A DNA stretch of 63,170 nucleotides, counting the filler, from Reticulomyxa filosa (lineage: Eukaryota; Protista; Foraminifera), in assembly GCA_000512085.1 (NCBI GenBank). It is 21 parts of 21 records of this genome, joined end to end, with 100 filler letters (N's around TTAATTAATTAA, not from the genome) between each part and the next. Parts side by side here need not be neighbours in the genome. Positions count along the whole stretch, not along the records: positions 23,143 to 24,991 come from ASPP01029510.1; positions 25,092 to 27,596 come from ASPP01037780.1; positions 27,697 to 28,756 come from ASPP01029125.1; positions 28,857 to 30,421 come from ASPP01036644.1; positions 30,522 to 31,774 come from ASPP01026267.1; positions 31,875 to 40,842 come from ASPP01017125.1; 15 more parts are not named here. One strand, written 5' to 3'. Shown here piece by piece: positions 23,143 through 36,380 of this stretch. The translations under genes and the position numbers were made by a program. Position 1 is the stretch's first letter; every line of letters begins with the position of its first letter. The notes under the pieces are model-generated. The model saw only the letters and a program-made list of their open reading frames with translations, ran no database searches and was not told where the DNA came from.

Positions 23143-24991
23143 GGATATAACTCTGGTACCATCAAGTGAAAATATTACTGAAGTAACACTATTAAAATGT
23201 TCGTTCAATGATCGAGATTGTTTAGTTGGTGATGAATTCCACAAGCGAATAGTATTATCTTCTGAAGCAGATACAATTTTAGATCCATCAGGCGAAAACT
23301 GTGCAAAATTGACGCCTCGCAAATGTCCTTCTAATAATTGAAGTTGTTTTCCTGATGCCACATCCCACAATCGTACAGTATTGTCATACGAAGCAGATAC
23401 AATCCTGGAGCTATCACCCGAAAATTGCACAGAATTTATAACGCTTGTATGTCCTTCTAATATTTGAAGTTGTACTCCAGTTGACGCATTCCATAGTCGA
23501 ATAGTACTATCCCATGCGCAAGATACAATTTTGGAACCATCAGGTGAAAATTGAGTAAAATTAATCCAACCTGAGTGTCCTTCTAATATTTGAAGTTGTT
23601 TTCCAGAAGACGCATCCCACAATCGTATGGTGTTGTCCCATGCACATGATACAATTCTGGATCCATCAGGTGAAAAATGAGCTGAATAAACAGGTTCTGA
23701 ATGGCCTCTTAATATTTGAAGCACTTTTCCAGATAGTACATTCCACACTCGGACGGTTTTATCAGCCGAACTTGACACAATTTTGGAATTGTCAGGTGAA
23801 AAATGCACAGAATTTACATCGTCTTTATGTCCATTAAATGATCGAATTAGTTTTCTAGATGATATATCCCACAATTCAATGGTTGTATCCCGTGGAGCAG
23901 ATATAATCTTGGATCCATCAGATGAAAATTGCACCCATGCAACACTGTATGAATGTTTCAACTCGCAAAGTACTTTTCCGGAGAATATATCCCATAATCG
24001 AATAGTGTTATCACTTGAACCTGACACAATCTTAGTTCCATCAGGTGAAAATTGGACTGAGTTAACACTTTTGGAATGTCCTTGGAAAGAAGCGTATTCA
24101 CCAAAATAGGCTTGGTTTATGGATGCATTCGTAAAATCTGTGTTGTCAAGACAAGTTTGAAAGAAGCTGACATTGTCTAAAATAGCCTCTTTAAAACTGG
24201 TTCCTTCTAAAAAAGCACGATCTAATATTGCATGTGATAGATTAACATTATCCCAATTTTGATTATTCATACTAACATTTGCCGCATTGAGTATGGTTGC
24301 AGCATTTGATGCAGCAAAAGAAATATTTGGATTATTTTTGGATGCTTGAATAATTCGAAATAATCTTGACTTTACATTCATATACAATGAATTTGTGTCA
24401 TACATTCTTTCTGCAATAAATTGAATAATTCCTAATTCCTCATTTAACAATTTTTTATTGATAGATAATATTGGAATATATGTTTCAAATTGTTGCTAAA
24501 ATTGTTGATTATCAACAGTAATAACATTGAATTTCCATGAAACAATATCGAATATAATTTTTTGTGCTGCAAAATATTCTTGACAAGATTTATGTAAAAA
24601 TTGATATTTATTATTACCAACTCTTCTTAACACATATTTTGCAATACCATCACCATTAAAATATTTTTCTCAAATATCTTATATTTTTGCACCTGAAATA
24701 TCATTCATTATGTTTGTTTCTATTTTTTCATCTACAATATTTTTAGTTTCATTTTCCGTATCAGGATCTAATTTATCCCAAATTTCATCATTATTTCTAG
24801 ATTGAAATTGTGATTCAGTTGCAACTTGATTTCCTTGATGAAACATATCAAAGCCTATATCTTGGCAATATTTTTTAAAATTTATTGATATTCATCTGAA
24901 TTCGTATTTCAGATAATTTGGAAACAATATTTTGGATATGAATATCGATCCACTGCATTTGAGATTAACTTTCTGCATGCAAAATATCCAC
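23143..24991 (-). pseudogene. NACHT/STAND winged-helix + pentapeptide repeat + WD40 protein (HET-E/NWD-like), disrupted
   Basis: YQFLHKSCQEYFAAQKI (STAND winged-helix), NLSHAILDRAFLEGTSFKEAILDNV pentapeptides, and at least seven GH..V..V.FSPDG..IVS.S.D.TIRLW repeats. In-frame stops at 24679-81, 24670-72 and 24496-98, plus a frameshift near 24875. Confidence 0.8.
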
Positions 24992-25091
24992 NNNNNNNNN
25001 NNNNNNNNNNNNNNNNNNNNNNNNNNNNNNNNNNNTTAATTAATTAANNNNNNNNNNNNNNNNNNNNNNNNNNNNNNNNNNNNNNNNNNNN

Positions 25092-27537
25092 TCGGCATAA
25101 CAATCAGTCAAAATCAACCAAAAATTGGTAACCAAGACGTCGGTGGTGTTTTTAATGGACGTGTCGTTGTTGAAGTACAGCACATAGCGTTGCAATGGCG
25201 TGACTTTGTACAAGCCAGAACTTGTGCGAATGCTCTTGGACGCTGGGATTTGCGTATGCGTAAGCAACTTGCAAACCAATGCCACGTGGCGAACCCAATA
25301 CAACTTTGCAATGGGCGACAATCCTTCAAAGGCCTCCACGTGACTAAACTCTTCTGTCCATTGCTGTATCAACCGCGGCCACATTTCATACTCGAGGAAG
25401 CGTTCAGTGGTCTTGGATGCGTCCTGCCCTTGGTCTGGAGTGGGGTGTTTCCGATTCAAGATCTCATACAGCACATTGCAATGATAAAAGCTGCGGATGA
25501 GTCGAGGACTCGACTTGGCGCTCTTTCCACAGCTAAAGTATTCTGGCCATTTTTTGGCCATTTTCTCATTCTTCACTCCTGTCTTACCGCATATCGTCTC
25601 TCGAACTGATTTGTGGCAATCTAATGATCTCTTTTTTTTTTTTTTTTTTTGTAAGTATACGTATGTGAAAAAAAAAAAAAAAAGATGGGAATAAAAAAAA
25701 AAAAAGGAAATAATTTAAAAAAAAAAAAAAAAAGATCCAAATAACTAGAATATGATAGGCAAACAAATTAATGTTAAGATTGGTATGACTCAAAGCATTA
25801 TATACCCACGAGAAATGCCTTCCATCTCTGTCGTAAAGATAGGAATCGAAATACATGCCGATGGAGTGATGAGACTGACGCATGTGCTTGTCTTCAGTGA
25901 ATTACAACAACAGAGCTGTAAAGAGTCGTTATCTCCCCAAATCTTGGCCACATTCATCAAATCTCCAATGCGCACGTACGACCACATGAGTCGTGGGACA
26001 ATGTGTCTCGGACTCATGACGGACTTGATGTCTTTGGGGATGCCCGTGGGCATTTGAAACACTTGCACGCGCCCTTCGTCCAGAGCTTGCCTCAGTACCT
26101 CTTTGCGTGCTCGCTTCGACTCTGCGCATTGTCGCAACAACTGATGGATGTCGTATTTCATGGACAGATTATTGATCAGCAGCGTGTGGTAATAGCTTTG
26201 CGATTCATCCCAAACAGTCACGGACACGGACACGGACACGGATGCGTCTTTCATCTTTTGTTTCGGATTGCCACTTATCCCGCCAAAGTTGATCACGCCC
26301 AAAGGAAGCTCGAGGCATTTGCGAATGATCAGCGCATTGCGCAATCTCTCTACATTTCCTTGATCTGTGATCTTTTGGCCTGGATTTGTGCCTGTCTTTT
26401 CTGGCTGAGGCGGTTGGTTCAATTCGCTTACTCTTGCAAGGCACTTATCGAGAAGAATTTGAATACCAGAGGGTGGCTTAATATATATACCCACATACGT
26501 AAATACATATATGCCCACATACGTAAATACATATATACATGTATTTATACTTACCGCATCATCTCTAGTTCCACCAAAACCTGCATGCAGCTGCACAATG
26601 GTCTTAATGGCATTTTCAATGACGTTATAATCGTTTGCATGCAGCGCAAAGTCCCACAAGTGATGGTATTGTTGGAACTCTTGGAAATGAAACTGATTGG
26701 GCTTGTGTTGGATGATGAGATCGTTGACACTGATGAACGGGAATATTTTCTGGCTCGGATAATAGAGGAAATGCTGCTTGTGTTGTCCCACAAAGATCAG
26801 ACACTTGAACCAGGCGTCAAATCTCGCCGAATACATGCGACTTGCTGGCACGTACAAGTAGTTGGTCAACAGCACGTGCAATGCGTCAATGTTTTGGAAA
26901 ATCCCAAATGGAGGGCCATGTTTGTCATTGGCCGGAATGCATCGTCCGATCCATGCAATCAAACTGTTCATACACGCATGTTGAGCAACCTATGAGAAGG
27001 GGGAGGATAGGATAAAAAATTGTACGGACAAGCGCATAGTTGTTTTTTTTTTTTTTTTTAAAACGTACCCCCCCCCCCCTTTTTTCAATGATAACAATAA
27101 TAAACAAAACTGGGTCAGTGGTAATTTTGGAGACAGTGGTAAACAAGTCATGAATAAGAGAGCCATCCAACTTGGAATCTTTTGCTTGATTCCAATAAAA
27201 CAATTTGGATTAGATTCAAGCAATTGTCGATCAACTTGGCCAATTGGTGACTTTTTTTTTTGGTAGTATTCTTCAGTTGCGACAGTAGGATTTTGACCAA
27301 GGAAAGGCCGCCGTAGTTGTTCATAAAGTGCTCGTCCAGTCGGTTGAGACATAGGGTAAAGTTCAATTCGCGAGTCAAAGTCTTGCGGACGCTATACTCG
27401 GAAAAGATTGCGTTGATGAAGTCGAACATGGCATCCAAATCCAGTTTTTCACTGCTGTTTGTGTTCATTGTTTCTGCAATGCAGTTCAAGCAGTCAAAGA
27501 TGGCATCGAACCACTTTGAGCTAAAGTATCTATCCAA
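25092..27537 (-). CDS. Large helical protein fragment, possibly the USP24/USP34/FAF-like N-terminal region
   Basis: Multi-exon, Leu-rich helical sequence. LWDFALHANDYNVIENAIKTIVQLH resembles the LW.IAL.....V...AI motif of USP34/USP9. No catalytic box is on this contig. Confidence 0.4.
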
Positions 27538-27555
27538 ACAAACAAAAGCTTGATA

Positions 27556-27586
<31 letters not shown>

Positions 27587-27696
27587 AAAAAAAAAANNNN
27601 NNNNNNNNNNNNNNNNNNNNNNNNNNNNNNNNNNNNNNNNTTAATTAATTAANNNNNNNNNNNNNNNNNNNNNNNNNNNNNNNNNNNNNNNNNNNN

Positions 27697-28640
27697 GATG
27701 TCCTTTGAACACTTCGATTGCCGTTGCGCCAACTTCCCATATGTCGCATGCCGTGGTCAACTGTCCACTCATTTCAATGATTTCAGTGGCCATTCAATAT
27801 GAACTTCTTGCAACATCGTCTTTTTCAATGTCTATTGTTTTAAAAGTTGGATGTTTTTTTTAATCATTAAAAAAAACCTGTATTGTTCATCTCCTAACTG
27901 TTATTTTCTTCTGTGGAATCATTGTTACGCTTAATAGCAACGCCAAAATCTGTTAACTTAGCTTTGCCCTCTTTCACCAATACACTAGAAGCTTTTATGT
28001 ATCGGTGAATGATACCTTCTTTGTATAAAAACTGTAATCCTGATAATATCTATATTTTGTTGTTATTAAAGTAAAAAACTTTGATTGATCAATAAAAAAA
28101 AATAGTGAAAACATTGTGTACTTGAAAAATGTACAACGCTGTCACTTTTTCATTAAATTTTCCTCCAAAATTTTTCATAAGCGCTTGCAACGAGCCTTCC
28201 TCCACAAACTCTAATATGATAAATAAAAAGCCTTGCTCTTGTTTGCTATCAATATATTTCACGATATTTGGATGTTCGGGTAATTCTTTCAACAACTCTA
28301 CTTCTTGCTTCGAAATGTTGTTGTTTGTCATCGTTATTTGCATTTGCATTTCATAATCAATATTTTTTGATCATTTTTATGTTAAGGATATATATAGCAG
28401 TTTTGTTCGTCATCAACAAACAAAGTTATAACAAAATAAAATGTGCAAATGGAACATTACAGAAACATTTAAAAAAAGATTGTCACATATTAGAAATACC
28501 CACCATAATGGTTTTTAATCTTTGTTTATTCATGTTATTAGTTGGAATTACTTTGATAGCAACATGTTGTGTTGTTTCCGAATCATATGCTTTGTAAACG
28601 GTACCAAAAGCACCCTTTCCAATACGAGCGTTCATACGCT
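27697..28640 (-). pseudogene. STE-group (Cdc15/SepA-like) protein kinase pseudogene
   Basis: IGKGAFGTVYKA, VAIK, HPNIVKY, ILEFVEEGSL and TDFGVA are present. However HRD reads HRY, and GSPYWMAPE reads RSSY*MATE (TGA near 27794). Confidence 0.85.
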
Positions 28641-28856
28641 ACAAACAAACACACTTTTTGTTAGTATACAAGTATAATCAATGCTGATGAGCTCAATTGT
28701 TACTAATTTAACATTTATTTTTATTTTTATTTATTTATACTTCTTTTTTTTTTAATNNNNNNNNNNNNNNNNNNNNNNNNNNNNNNNNNNNNNNNNNNNN
28801 TTAATTAATTAANNNNNNNNNNNNNNNNNNNNNNNNNNNNNNNNNNNNNNNNNNNN

Positions 28857-30160
28857 TAATCAACAAATTCAAGAATTGATTGATCAAAATCAAACATTAA
28901 TTACTGAACATTTCAATCAGGAAAATGATATTGCAGAAATGAGAAAACAACTGGAACAAGTCAAATGCTTAGAAAAAGAAAATGAGAAACAAATAAGTGA
29001 AATTAATGTTTTGAGAGAAGAGATTAAACAACATTTGAAACAAATTGACAATTTCAAAGATGAAAACAAAAAACAAGCAAAACAAATAAATGACTTAAAG
29101 GAAGAAAGTGAAAAACAAAAGAAGTGCCTGGACAAACAATTAAATCAGATTAGAGATTTGAACGCAGAAAATGGAAAACAGCTGAACCAAATTAACAGTT
29201 TGTTTTGTTTGTTTATAGTTTTCATCTCTCAAATAGATGGAATGAAGGAAGAACATAAAAATCAAAAGAAACAATTGGATCAAATCAAGTCTGAAGTTAC
29301 AGCACAAAATTTGCCAGTGAAAGAGCTAAACAAACTTTTATCAGATCCAAAAGTTGAGTACGGCTACTTTTTACAAACAGAAACTTCCATTATTCAAACA
29401 ATTAACAAAAAAATGAAATAGATTCGGTGGATGAAAAACGACAAATTGGGTATAATAGAACCGGCTCTTGTTATTGCAAATCTCAATGATGCACAAGCTT
29501 TCCAAACACCCCAAAGATGTTTTCATGTTTTGAATTCTGATTTGTCTAAACAACTTGTGGATGTTGAGGTAATTTATCTTTTATATTTTTGTATCTTTTT
29601 TGAAAAGCATCTACTCGCTCCATTTACTATTCAAATATTTAGACAAATAACTCTCCCAAAGTGTTGAAAGAGATTATTCAATCTTTGATGTCTTATTACA
29701 TCAAATCAATGTCTTCTCAAGGAGTTTGGTTTCTTTTTGAGTTTTTTCCTAAAAAAAAAGGATTCTTTGTTAAAATTGATATTAAAAAAAGTTTCGTTTG
29801 TATTTATTTTCTCTTCTCTCTCAATTGATATAAAACACAAGCATAAATTGTATAGGTAATTCCAGAACATCTAACCACTCTATTTTCGCAAGTTATTCTA
29901 AATAATATTTCATCTATTACAAAAACACAAAATAAATAATATCGATTATGTATGTGTTTTTTTGGTATAGATGAAATTGAACAAAAACGAGTTAGCTATC
30001 TAAAAATTTAGAGTTAGAGTTTTTCATATGTATTCGTCATTTAAAATAATCACAAAAAAAACAGATCCTCGAATACTTTAAGCGATACCATTCGAGAACG
30101 TGATGATGCCATTTCAAAGTTGAATACGCAAAGCAAAGAACTGAACGAGGCCAGAAAGTT
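28857..30160 (+). CDS. Coiled-coil protein fragment, multi-exon
   Basis: K/E/Q/N-rich heptad repeats (KENEKQISEINVLREEIKQHLKQIDNFKDENKKQ), followed by short exons. Confidence 0.55.
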
Positions 30161-30521
30161 CTTAATTATGCCCCAACATAAAAGACAAAAAAAAACACAT
30201 AAAGTGTACATGCACTAAAACATTATTTTGTTTGTATATTTGTTTCAAAAGTAAATGTGAAAAATTATCCCAGAAACTCCTTTAAGTCATTGATTTCTTT
30301 TGCTTGTTTCTTGTTTTCATCTTTTAAATTGTCAATTTGATTCAGATGTTGTTTAATCTCTTCTCTTAAAACATTACTTTCATTTATATGTTCCTCGTTC
30401 TCTTTCTCCAAATTTTTGATTNNNNNNNNNNNNNNNNNNNNNNNNNNNNNNNNNNNNNNNNNNNNTTAATTAATTAANNNNNNNNNNNNNNNNNNNNNNN
30501 NNNNNNNNNNNNNNNNNNNNN

Positions 30522-31774
30522 TTATTACATATGATGAAGAAGGTCATCATGTATTGCACAAGAAGAAAGGATTAGGGAGGGAGTAGAAGATAGAGATAGA
30601 GAGATAAAGGGGTAAGATTTAAAATGTTGAACGTCCTAAATAAATTGAATTGTATTTTTTTTTTCAACTGTATTAAAAAAAAAAAAAGCATTAATCACCG
30701 GGGACCGATTTAAAATTATGTTTGTCATTGACTTGGAGTATAATCGTGAACTATTCAATCGACGAGCCGGAGTCACGTGAGGTATTGGATGGTTCAATGA
30801 ATAACTATTTGTATGTATGATTTGTATTTTATGTTCTATATGCATAGTGACATAAAACTATGTATACGTTGCGAGTACATGTGGTATATTTTTTTTCCCA
30901 CCCCCTTTTTTATTAAAAAAATTTTGTGACAGCTTAAAAAAAAAAAAAAAAAATGGTGTCCATGAGACGGGCCAAAAAAAAAAAAAATTTTTTTTTTTTT
31001 TGTGTGTGTGCATGCACATCATCATATCATAAAAACTCAACATTTTTTTGTATATACACAATCTGAAATACAATATTATACGTATGTATACATATATATA
31101 ATAGTCCATATGTACACATAAAAAAAAATAATAATAATAAAAAAATAAAAAACACATGTAAATATAGTCAATTCACCCGAAGAACGATTGTTGCATTGGT
31201 GCAATGAGCATTTACCCGAAAAGGTGAAGATAGCGAACTTTACGACAGACTTTCAAAGCGGCCTGACGCTAGTGTACCTGCTGAATGCGGCGTTGCGAGA
31301 GGAGGAGAGACTGTCGCAGGATGACATTGAAGACATGGAACCGGACGATTTGTTGAAGCACGTGTTGGGCTACGCGGAGGAGCGACTGAAGATTCCGCAG
31401 CTGTTGGACGTGTGGCACATATTGGAGAACCCAGACAAGCAGGCGATGATGACGTATGTGTCGTTGGTTCGAACGGCCGTGGACAACCGCGATCAGGAGC
31501 GGTCGAAGCTGAACCAATCGATGGCGAAAATGAAAGAGGTGTTTCACTCGCTGGAAGACCAGCTGAGAAATCAAATCTCTTTTTTGGAAAAGGAGTTGAA
31601 CGCCACCAAGTTGGAGATTGAAATGGAGAAAGGAAACGCCCAAACCGAAAGTGAAAAGTATAAACAAGATAGAAAGAACTGGGCCAAAGAAAAGGACGAT
31701 CTTCGAAATGAAATTGAGTCATTGAAACAACAACTCCATGACACTAAACATGAACACGAAATGGTTCTTTTTTT
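30522..31774 (+). CDS. Tandem calponin-homology actin-binding protein with coiled coil (cortexillin/alpha-actinin-like), partial
   Basis: CH1 end GTDLKLCLSLTWSIIVNYSI (~30701-30810). CH2 reads EERLLHWCNEHL...IANFTTDFQSGL...AEERLKIPQLLD...PDKQAMMTYVS, then a coiled coil. Confidence 0.85.
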
Positions 31775-32914
31775 NNNNNNNNNNNNNNNNNNNNNNNNNN
31801 NNNNNNNNNNNNNNNNNNTTAATTAATTAANNNNNNNNNNNNNNNNNNNNNNNNNNNNNNNNNNNNNNNNNNNNACATAAAATAATAAAAATATTTTACA
31901 TCTTATTACTTTCAAAGAAACTCGAACATATATTTTTGAATTGTGGATTACGTTTCAATTTACCAAAAAGATTTTTTACAGTTCAATATAAAATAATAAA
32001 CTTCTATATTTTTACATTTATGCAAGACTTTGTTTTTAAATTTTCGTCGTATTCATTATTTTTAATTTTAAACTACTTTTGACATTTCTTGATTTCGCAC
32101 AAAATTTTCAACCTTGTAGTGCAATGACCTAATAATTACAATAGAAACTTCACATGAACGAGTGAACCCTTTTTTTCATCAACAACCTTCAATGTCTTTC
32201 TTCTTTCACTTTTCTGTTTTCTTATTTATTGTCATTGAGTTGTTTATCTTGATTATTTAACTACTTTTGTTTGCCTTTTGAAAATAATTACTTTCTTATT
32301 ACACTTGGTGACACATAAATTTTTCTAAATACTTTTACTTTCAATGTTTGCTGCTGATCTAATTTTTTCATTTTTGATAAAGAAAAGAAAAAAGAAATAT
32401 ACTGAAACTTTCTTTTTAGGAAGGGCACGTAGAAATTAGCAACAGTAGTTTATAGTAAGCTGCCCTTTTAAACAACTTCTGATATGCCGAGGATTTGATC
32501 CATTTTAAAAATTGTTAAAAAATATCAATGATATTTTTTAAAAATTTAATTTTTTTAATATAAAAAAATTAATTTTTCTATTATATTTCTAATGAAATAA
32601 TAATACTACAACAGATTTATATTAAATAATTTTTTTTTCTTTGATAAGGTGAACAAAAGTCACCGACAAATTATAACAAATAAATATACCTTATAAATAA
32701 AATGTACTTTTCATACAATTCTTTCATTAAGTTTTTTCAAAAATATCATTTTCAAATTTTTTTTAAATAAATTATTTCATTATTTCAGCAAAAATGTTGC
32801 AAGAATTAAATTTTAATTGAAAAATTTTTGTCAATAATGTTATTATTGAATTAATTAAAAAGGAATATCATAAAAAAAAAGGGATTTGCGGAAAAAAAAA
32901 ACCAATTAATTTTT

Positions 32915-33466
32915 TTATTTGTTGATTTCCAATTTTTCTTGTTTTTGGTCAACAATTTGAACAGCAGAAGCATATGGGGTCAATATTTTACTCCAGAACC
33001 CCATAATGCTGTTGACATCATTGGTATTAACATCTCCCAATTCATTGATATGATGTTCATGGATGTGGTTTAACATTGTTTCCACATCATCAGTTGTCCC
33101 ATGACATCTTAAACACAATGTATACTCAACTTCATTATCACCACTAGTTGAATTACGTACAAATTGGAATGTGTACTGTTCATTCTCAAAATTTACAGTC
33201 ACTAACCCACTTGTTCCCAATATCTCATCCTTGGTAACGTTTTCCGATTTTATTTTCTCTTGAACTGCATTCATTACTAATTTTTCGTCTACTTTCACTT
33301 CTCCACTCATTGCAAAGTTTCCTGTATAATATTTTATTGGATCTTTGCTCATTTGGATCCTTCCAATAAATTGTTGCAATCCTTGTTTCACTTCTTTTTG
33401 TTCTGACACATTATTTTCCTTTTCTTCTAGCTTTTGTTCTGTGCTTTCTTCAGTATTTTCTGCCAT
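32915..33466 (-). CDS. Hypothetical intronless 183-aa protein
   Basis: Clean ATG-to-stop ORF with protein-like composition inside very AT-rich flanks. No family recognised. Confidence 0.65.
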   Translation of the reverse strand: MAENTEESTEQKLEEKENNVSEQKEVKQGLQQFIGRIQMSKDPIKYYTGNFAMSGEVKVDEKLVMNAVQEKIKSENVTKDEILGTSGLVTVNFENEQYTFQFVRNSTSGDNEVEYTLCLRCHGTTDDVETMLNHIHEHHINELGDVNTNDVNSIMGFWSKILTPYASAVQIVDQKQEKLEINK

Positions 33467-34609
33467 GATTGGGAAAAAAAAGAAAGTTTTAAATCGTAAT
33501 GATACTCAAATGGTTATACAAAAAAAAATAAAATTCTTTTTTATATAATTGGTTTCCCCCCTCACCTTCCCCTTAGTTTGTCAGTTTTTTTAAATGCAAA
33601 TTTGAAATAAATCTTTTGCTTAAATATTCATAACACCATTCTTTAGCAAAATTGCACTAGTAGATATCATTTTTGTTAACAAAAGAGAAAAATTTGCACA
33701 TATTCGAAGGGACAAGAACAATCAAGGGATCGTGCTTCTTTACTTTCTTTTTTCACATATCCCCTCCCTTTATTGGGGGCAATGAAACTTTGACTTCTTA
33801 TGATGAGGCTGAAATAGTAGTCCCTGTCAATTTTTTTGCAAAAATTTTTCCTCGTTTGAAACCAAAAAAAAATATTCTAAAATGGCTGTGTTAATCCTTA
33901 ACCATTTCGTGTCGTTTGTAAACGTGAAGTGAACTTTTTGAACCTATTCTACTGACTTTGTCACAAACGGATATGTTACTGCTTTAGTCAAGCTCAACTA
34001 CATTTTTCTTTGCGTTGGAATAGGGACAGTTTCAAAGTTTTTAAAATTTAAATTAACTTTTTTTTGTAGAAAAATGTTGCCAATATAAAAAATGGAGAAT
34101 GTGACTTGTCACATCTTGCATATCCAAAAATCAATGTTTGGATTGAACAGAAAATCATTTTCTTCTTTTTAAAAAAAGCATTGAGTTGACGCATTTGAAA
34201 CAGGCTTAATTCAATGAGTATAATTGCCAAGAATATTCCAGAAATTATTGCGTTTGAGTTTGTGGATGCTACCATACATGTATATACACTTTTTTTATAG
34301 ACATCTACTTTGAGTGTGATCGCTTACCTCGATCTTTACTACACCTTTTTTGGAATTAGTATTATTTGGTGGGTAGATATCAAATTCTACAACTATCGAC
34401 CCTTGTTTGTTTGACGGTCGGTAAAACATTTAAGCTCTCGTGGTTTTACATAAAAACAAATTCTCCAAACTGTTGCTATAAATAAAGTGCAAAAAGCAGG
34501 CCTGATTATTAAGCCAGTAAATGATCTAAGCAATATTCAATGGATAGATAAGTTTGTTATATGTCATTCACTTTTAACTTTGTTTGTTCCCTCTCTTTTT
34601 TTTTTGTGC

Positions 34610-34881
34610 AAGACAAGGAACACCAAATGACAGAGAAAAGAATTTTCCGCGATTTTTAAAAAATATCTTTTTGCGATCAAGTCACTAAAATGACCTATTT
34701 GGAGGCAGTTCTTTTTAAGACGTTACACTTACATGTTACACTTTGCAACCAGGGATATTCACCTACTAGTGGTGAAATAATGTTATCAATACCTACGCTT
34801 TGGCACGCTTGGAAAAATAATATCCAATTTGATCCCTATTTCAACTTGCCTCCATCGCTTGCGCTTGAGCAAACACCGTGA
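34610..34881 (+). pseudogene. Cytochrome P450 remnant
   Basis: QVTKMTYLEAVLFKTLHLH is a decayed K-helix (MxYLEAVLxETLRLH), followed by W...FDP. The ExxR motif is lost and no heme Cys motif is seen. Confidence 0.45.
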
Positions 34882-35147
34882 CTATCATGGAAACATTCAA
34901 TAAAAAAATTTATTTGTATCTGTTTTATTTAATTGAATCATATCCAAAAAATTATAAGACCAATGCAAATGAAATTTTTAAAATGATTTCATGCCACGTA
35001 AAATCTATTGCTGTCTTTTTGGTCTAATAACCTTTTTTTTATTTTTGAAATACTTAAAAAAAAAAAAATGGAAAATTCATAATTATGGAATAAAACCAAA
35101 AGTAAATCAACACAGATATTTTAATTTTTGCTTATTCAAAATTTATT

Positions 35148-36380
35148 TCATCTACTGTATTTCATAATAATTTGATCAAAATCATCAATCCATCCTAATT
35201 TTATCTTTAAAGGTCGAATCCAATATTGATTAATATATTTTATTTCATTTTGTGACTGTTCATTATTTGTTAATCAATTTTAAGCAATACAATTTATTTG
35301 TATTTCATTAAAATAAATAAGAATAAATAAAAATAAATAAATCATTACGAATAGTGAAGGATCCCATTCACGCACTCTAGTCCTCATGTGAGTTGATAAT
35401 GTTATTCCTTTATCATCTTTTCCTCCAATGATATGTATGCGATTATCTTCTTCATTCAATATTGCAGTACAATCAAATAATGGATTGGGTAAAGAATATT
35501 GAAATGTCTTCCATTTTTTTTCTCGAATTGAATACTCGTGTACTGATTTTGAAACAGCATCAGCACCATTCCATCCACTAAAAAACAAGATAATATCATT
35601 GACACAAACATGTGCATATGCATAAAATCGTTCCATATTATCACAAACATGTAGTTGATAAAATTGAAAAGTTTTGTTATCTTCATCATATTCAATTGAT
35701 AATCCTGCATCAAAACAAAACAACAGCATTTGATAATTTTGTTTCTTTTTTTGTTTATTTGTTTTCATCATTTCTTGTGCTTGTCCATTTTCTGAATTTG
35801 ATACAAAGCAATGAAATTGAATAAAATTAGTTGGTAATTTATCATGTTTAATAAATTGAAATGTATTTAAATCAAACACACAAATATTATTTGGTTGATA
35901 AGTGATAAATAACAAATGACTGTTACTTCCACCGATCAATGCGCGCACTCCAATATAATTATCATTATCTCTTCCAATGACAATTGGATGATTGTGATTG
36001 TCTGTGAACGGAATCCATTGATTATAATTATTTAATTCATTCGATTTGTTTAATTTGTTTGATATATTACTCCAAACACTTACATATTTCATCACCAATG
36101 TATGTAGTGTATGTTTACTCCATCCACCAAAAGACAACAAAATAATTTCATTGCTGTCTTTATTGTTATCTATTAGTTTCACTACACAGTGTCCAAACAA
36201 GTCAACATCACTTGGATACTCACAGATAAGCTTGTATTCGTTTTTGATTGTATGGTACGAATAACAAGCTCTTTGTTGACAACCTCCACAAATGAGGAGT
36301 TCATGTTTATGTAGTACACATTGAGATTGAAAAAGTGAAGTAGGCAACTCCTTCAACGTTTCAAAGGTTTGGTTACTCAT
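35148..36380 (-). CDS. Kelch-like protein, expanded family (copy 1)
   Basis: MSNQTFETLKELP..QSQCVLHKHELLICGG...IHIIGG. Last exon SQNEIKYINQYWIRPLKIKLGWIDDFDQIIMKYSR*. Confidence 0.88.

Noticed and set aside
24496-24681. Stop-codon reassignment (TAA/TAG=Gln, TGA=Trp)
   Set aside because: Intact genes here terminate with TAA (LIG4, VPS29), TGA (FKBP) and TAG, and their long exons have no internal stops. The affected copy is also frameshifted.
26003-26995. 330-aa plus-strand ORF, and the VFTYVGIY duplication in the minus ORF
   Set aside because: Antisense shadow of a GC-richer exon. The 24-bp duplication at ~26490-26540 lies in an (ATAC)-rich intron that happens to be open.
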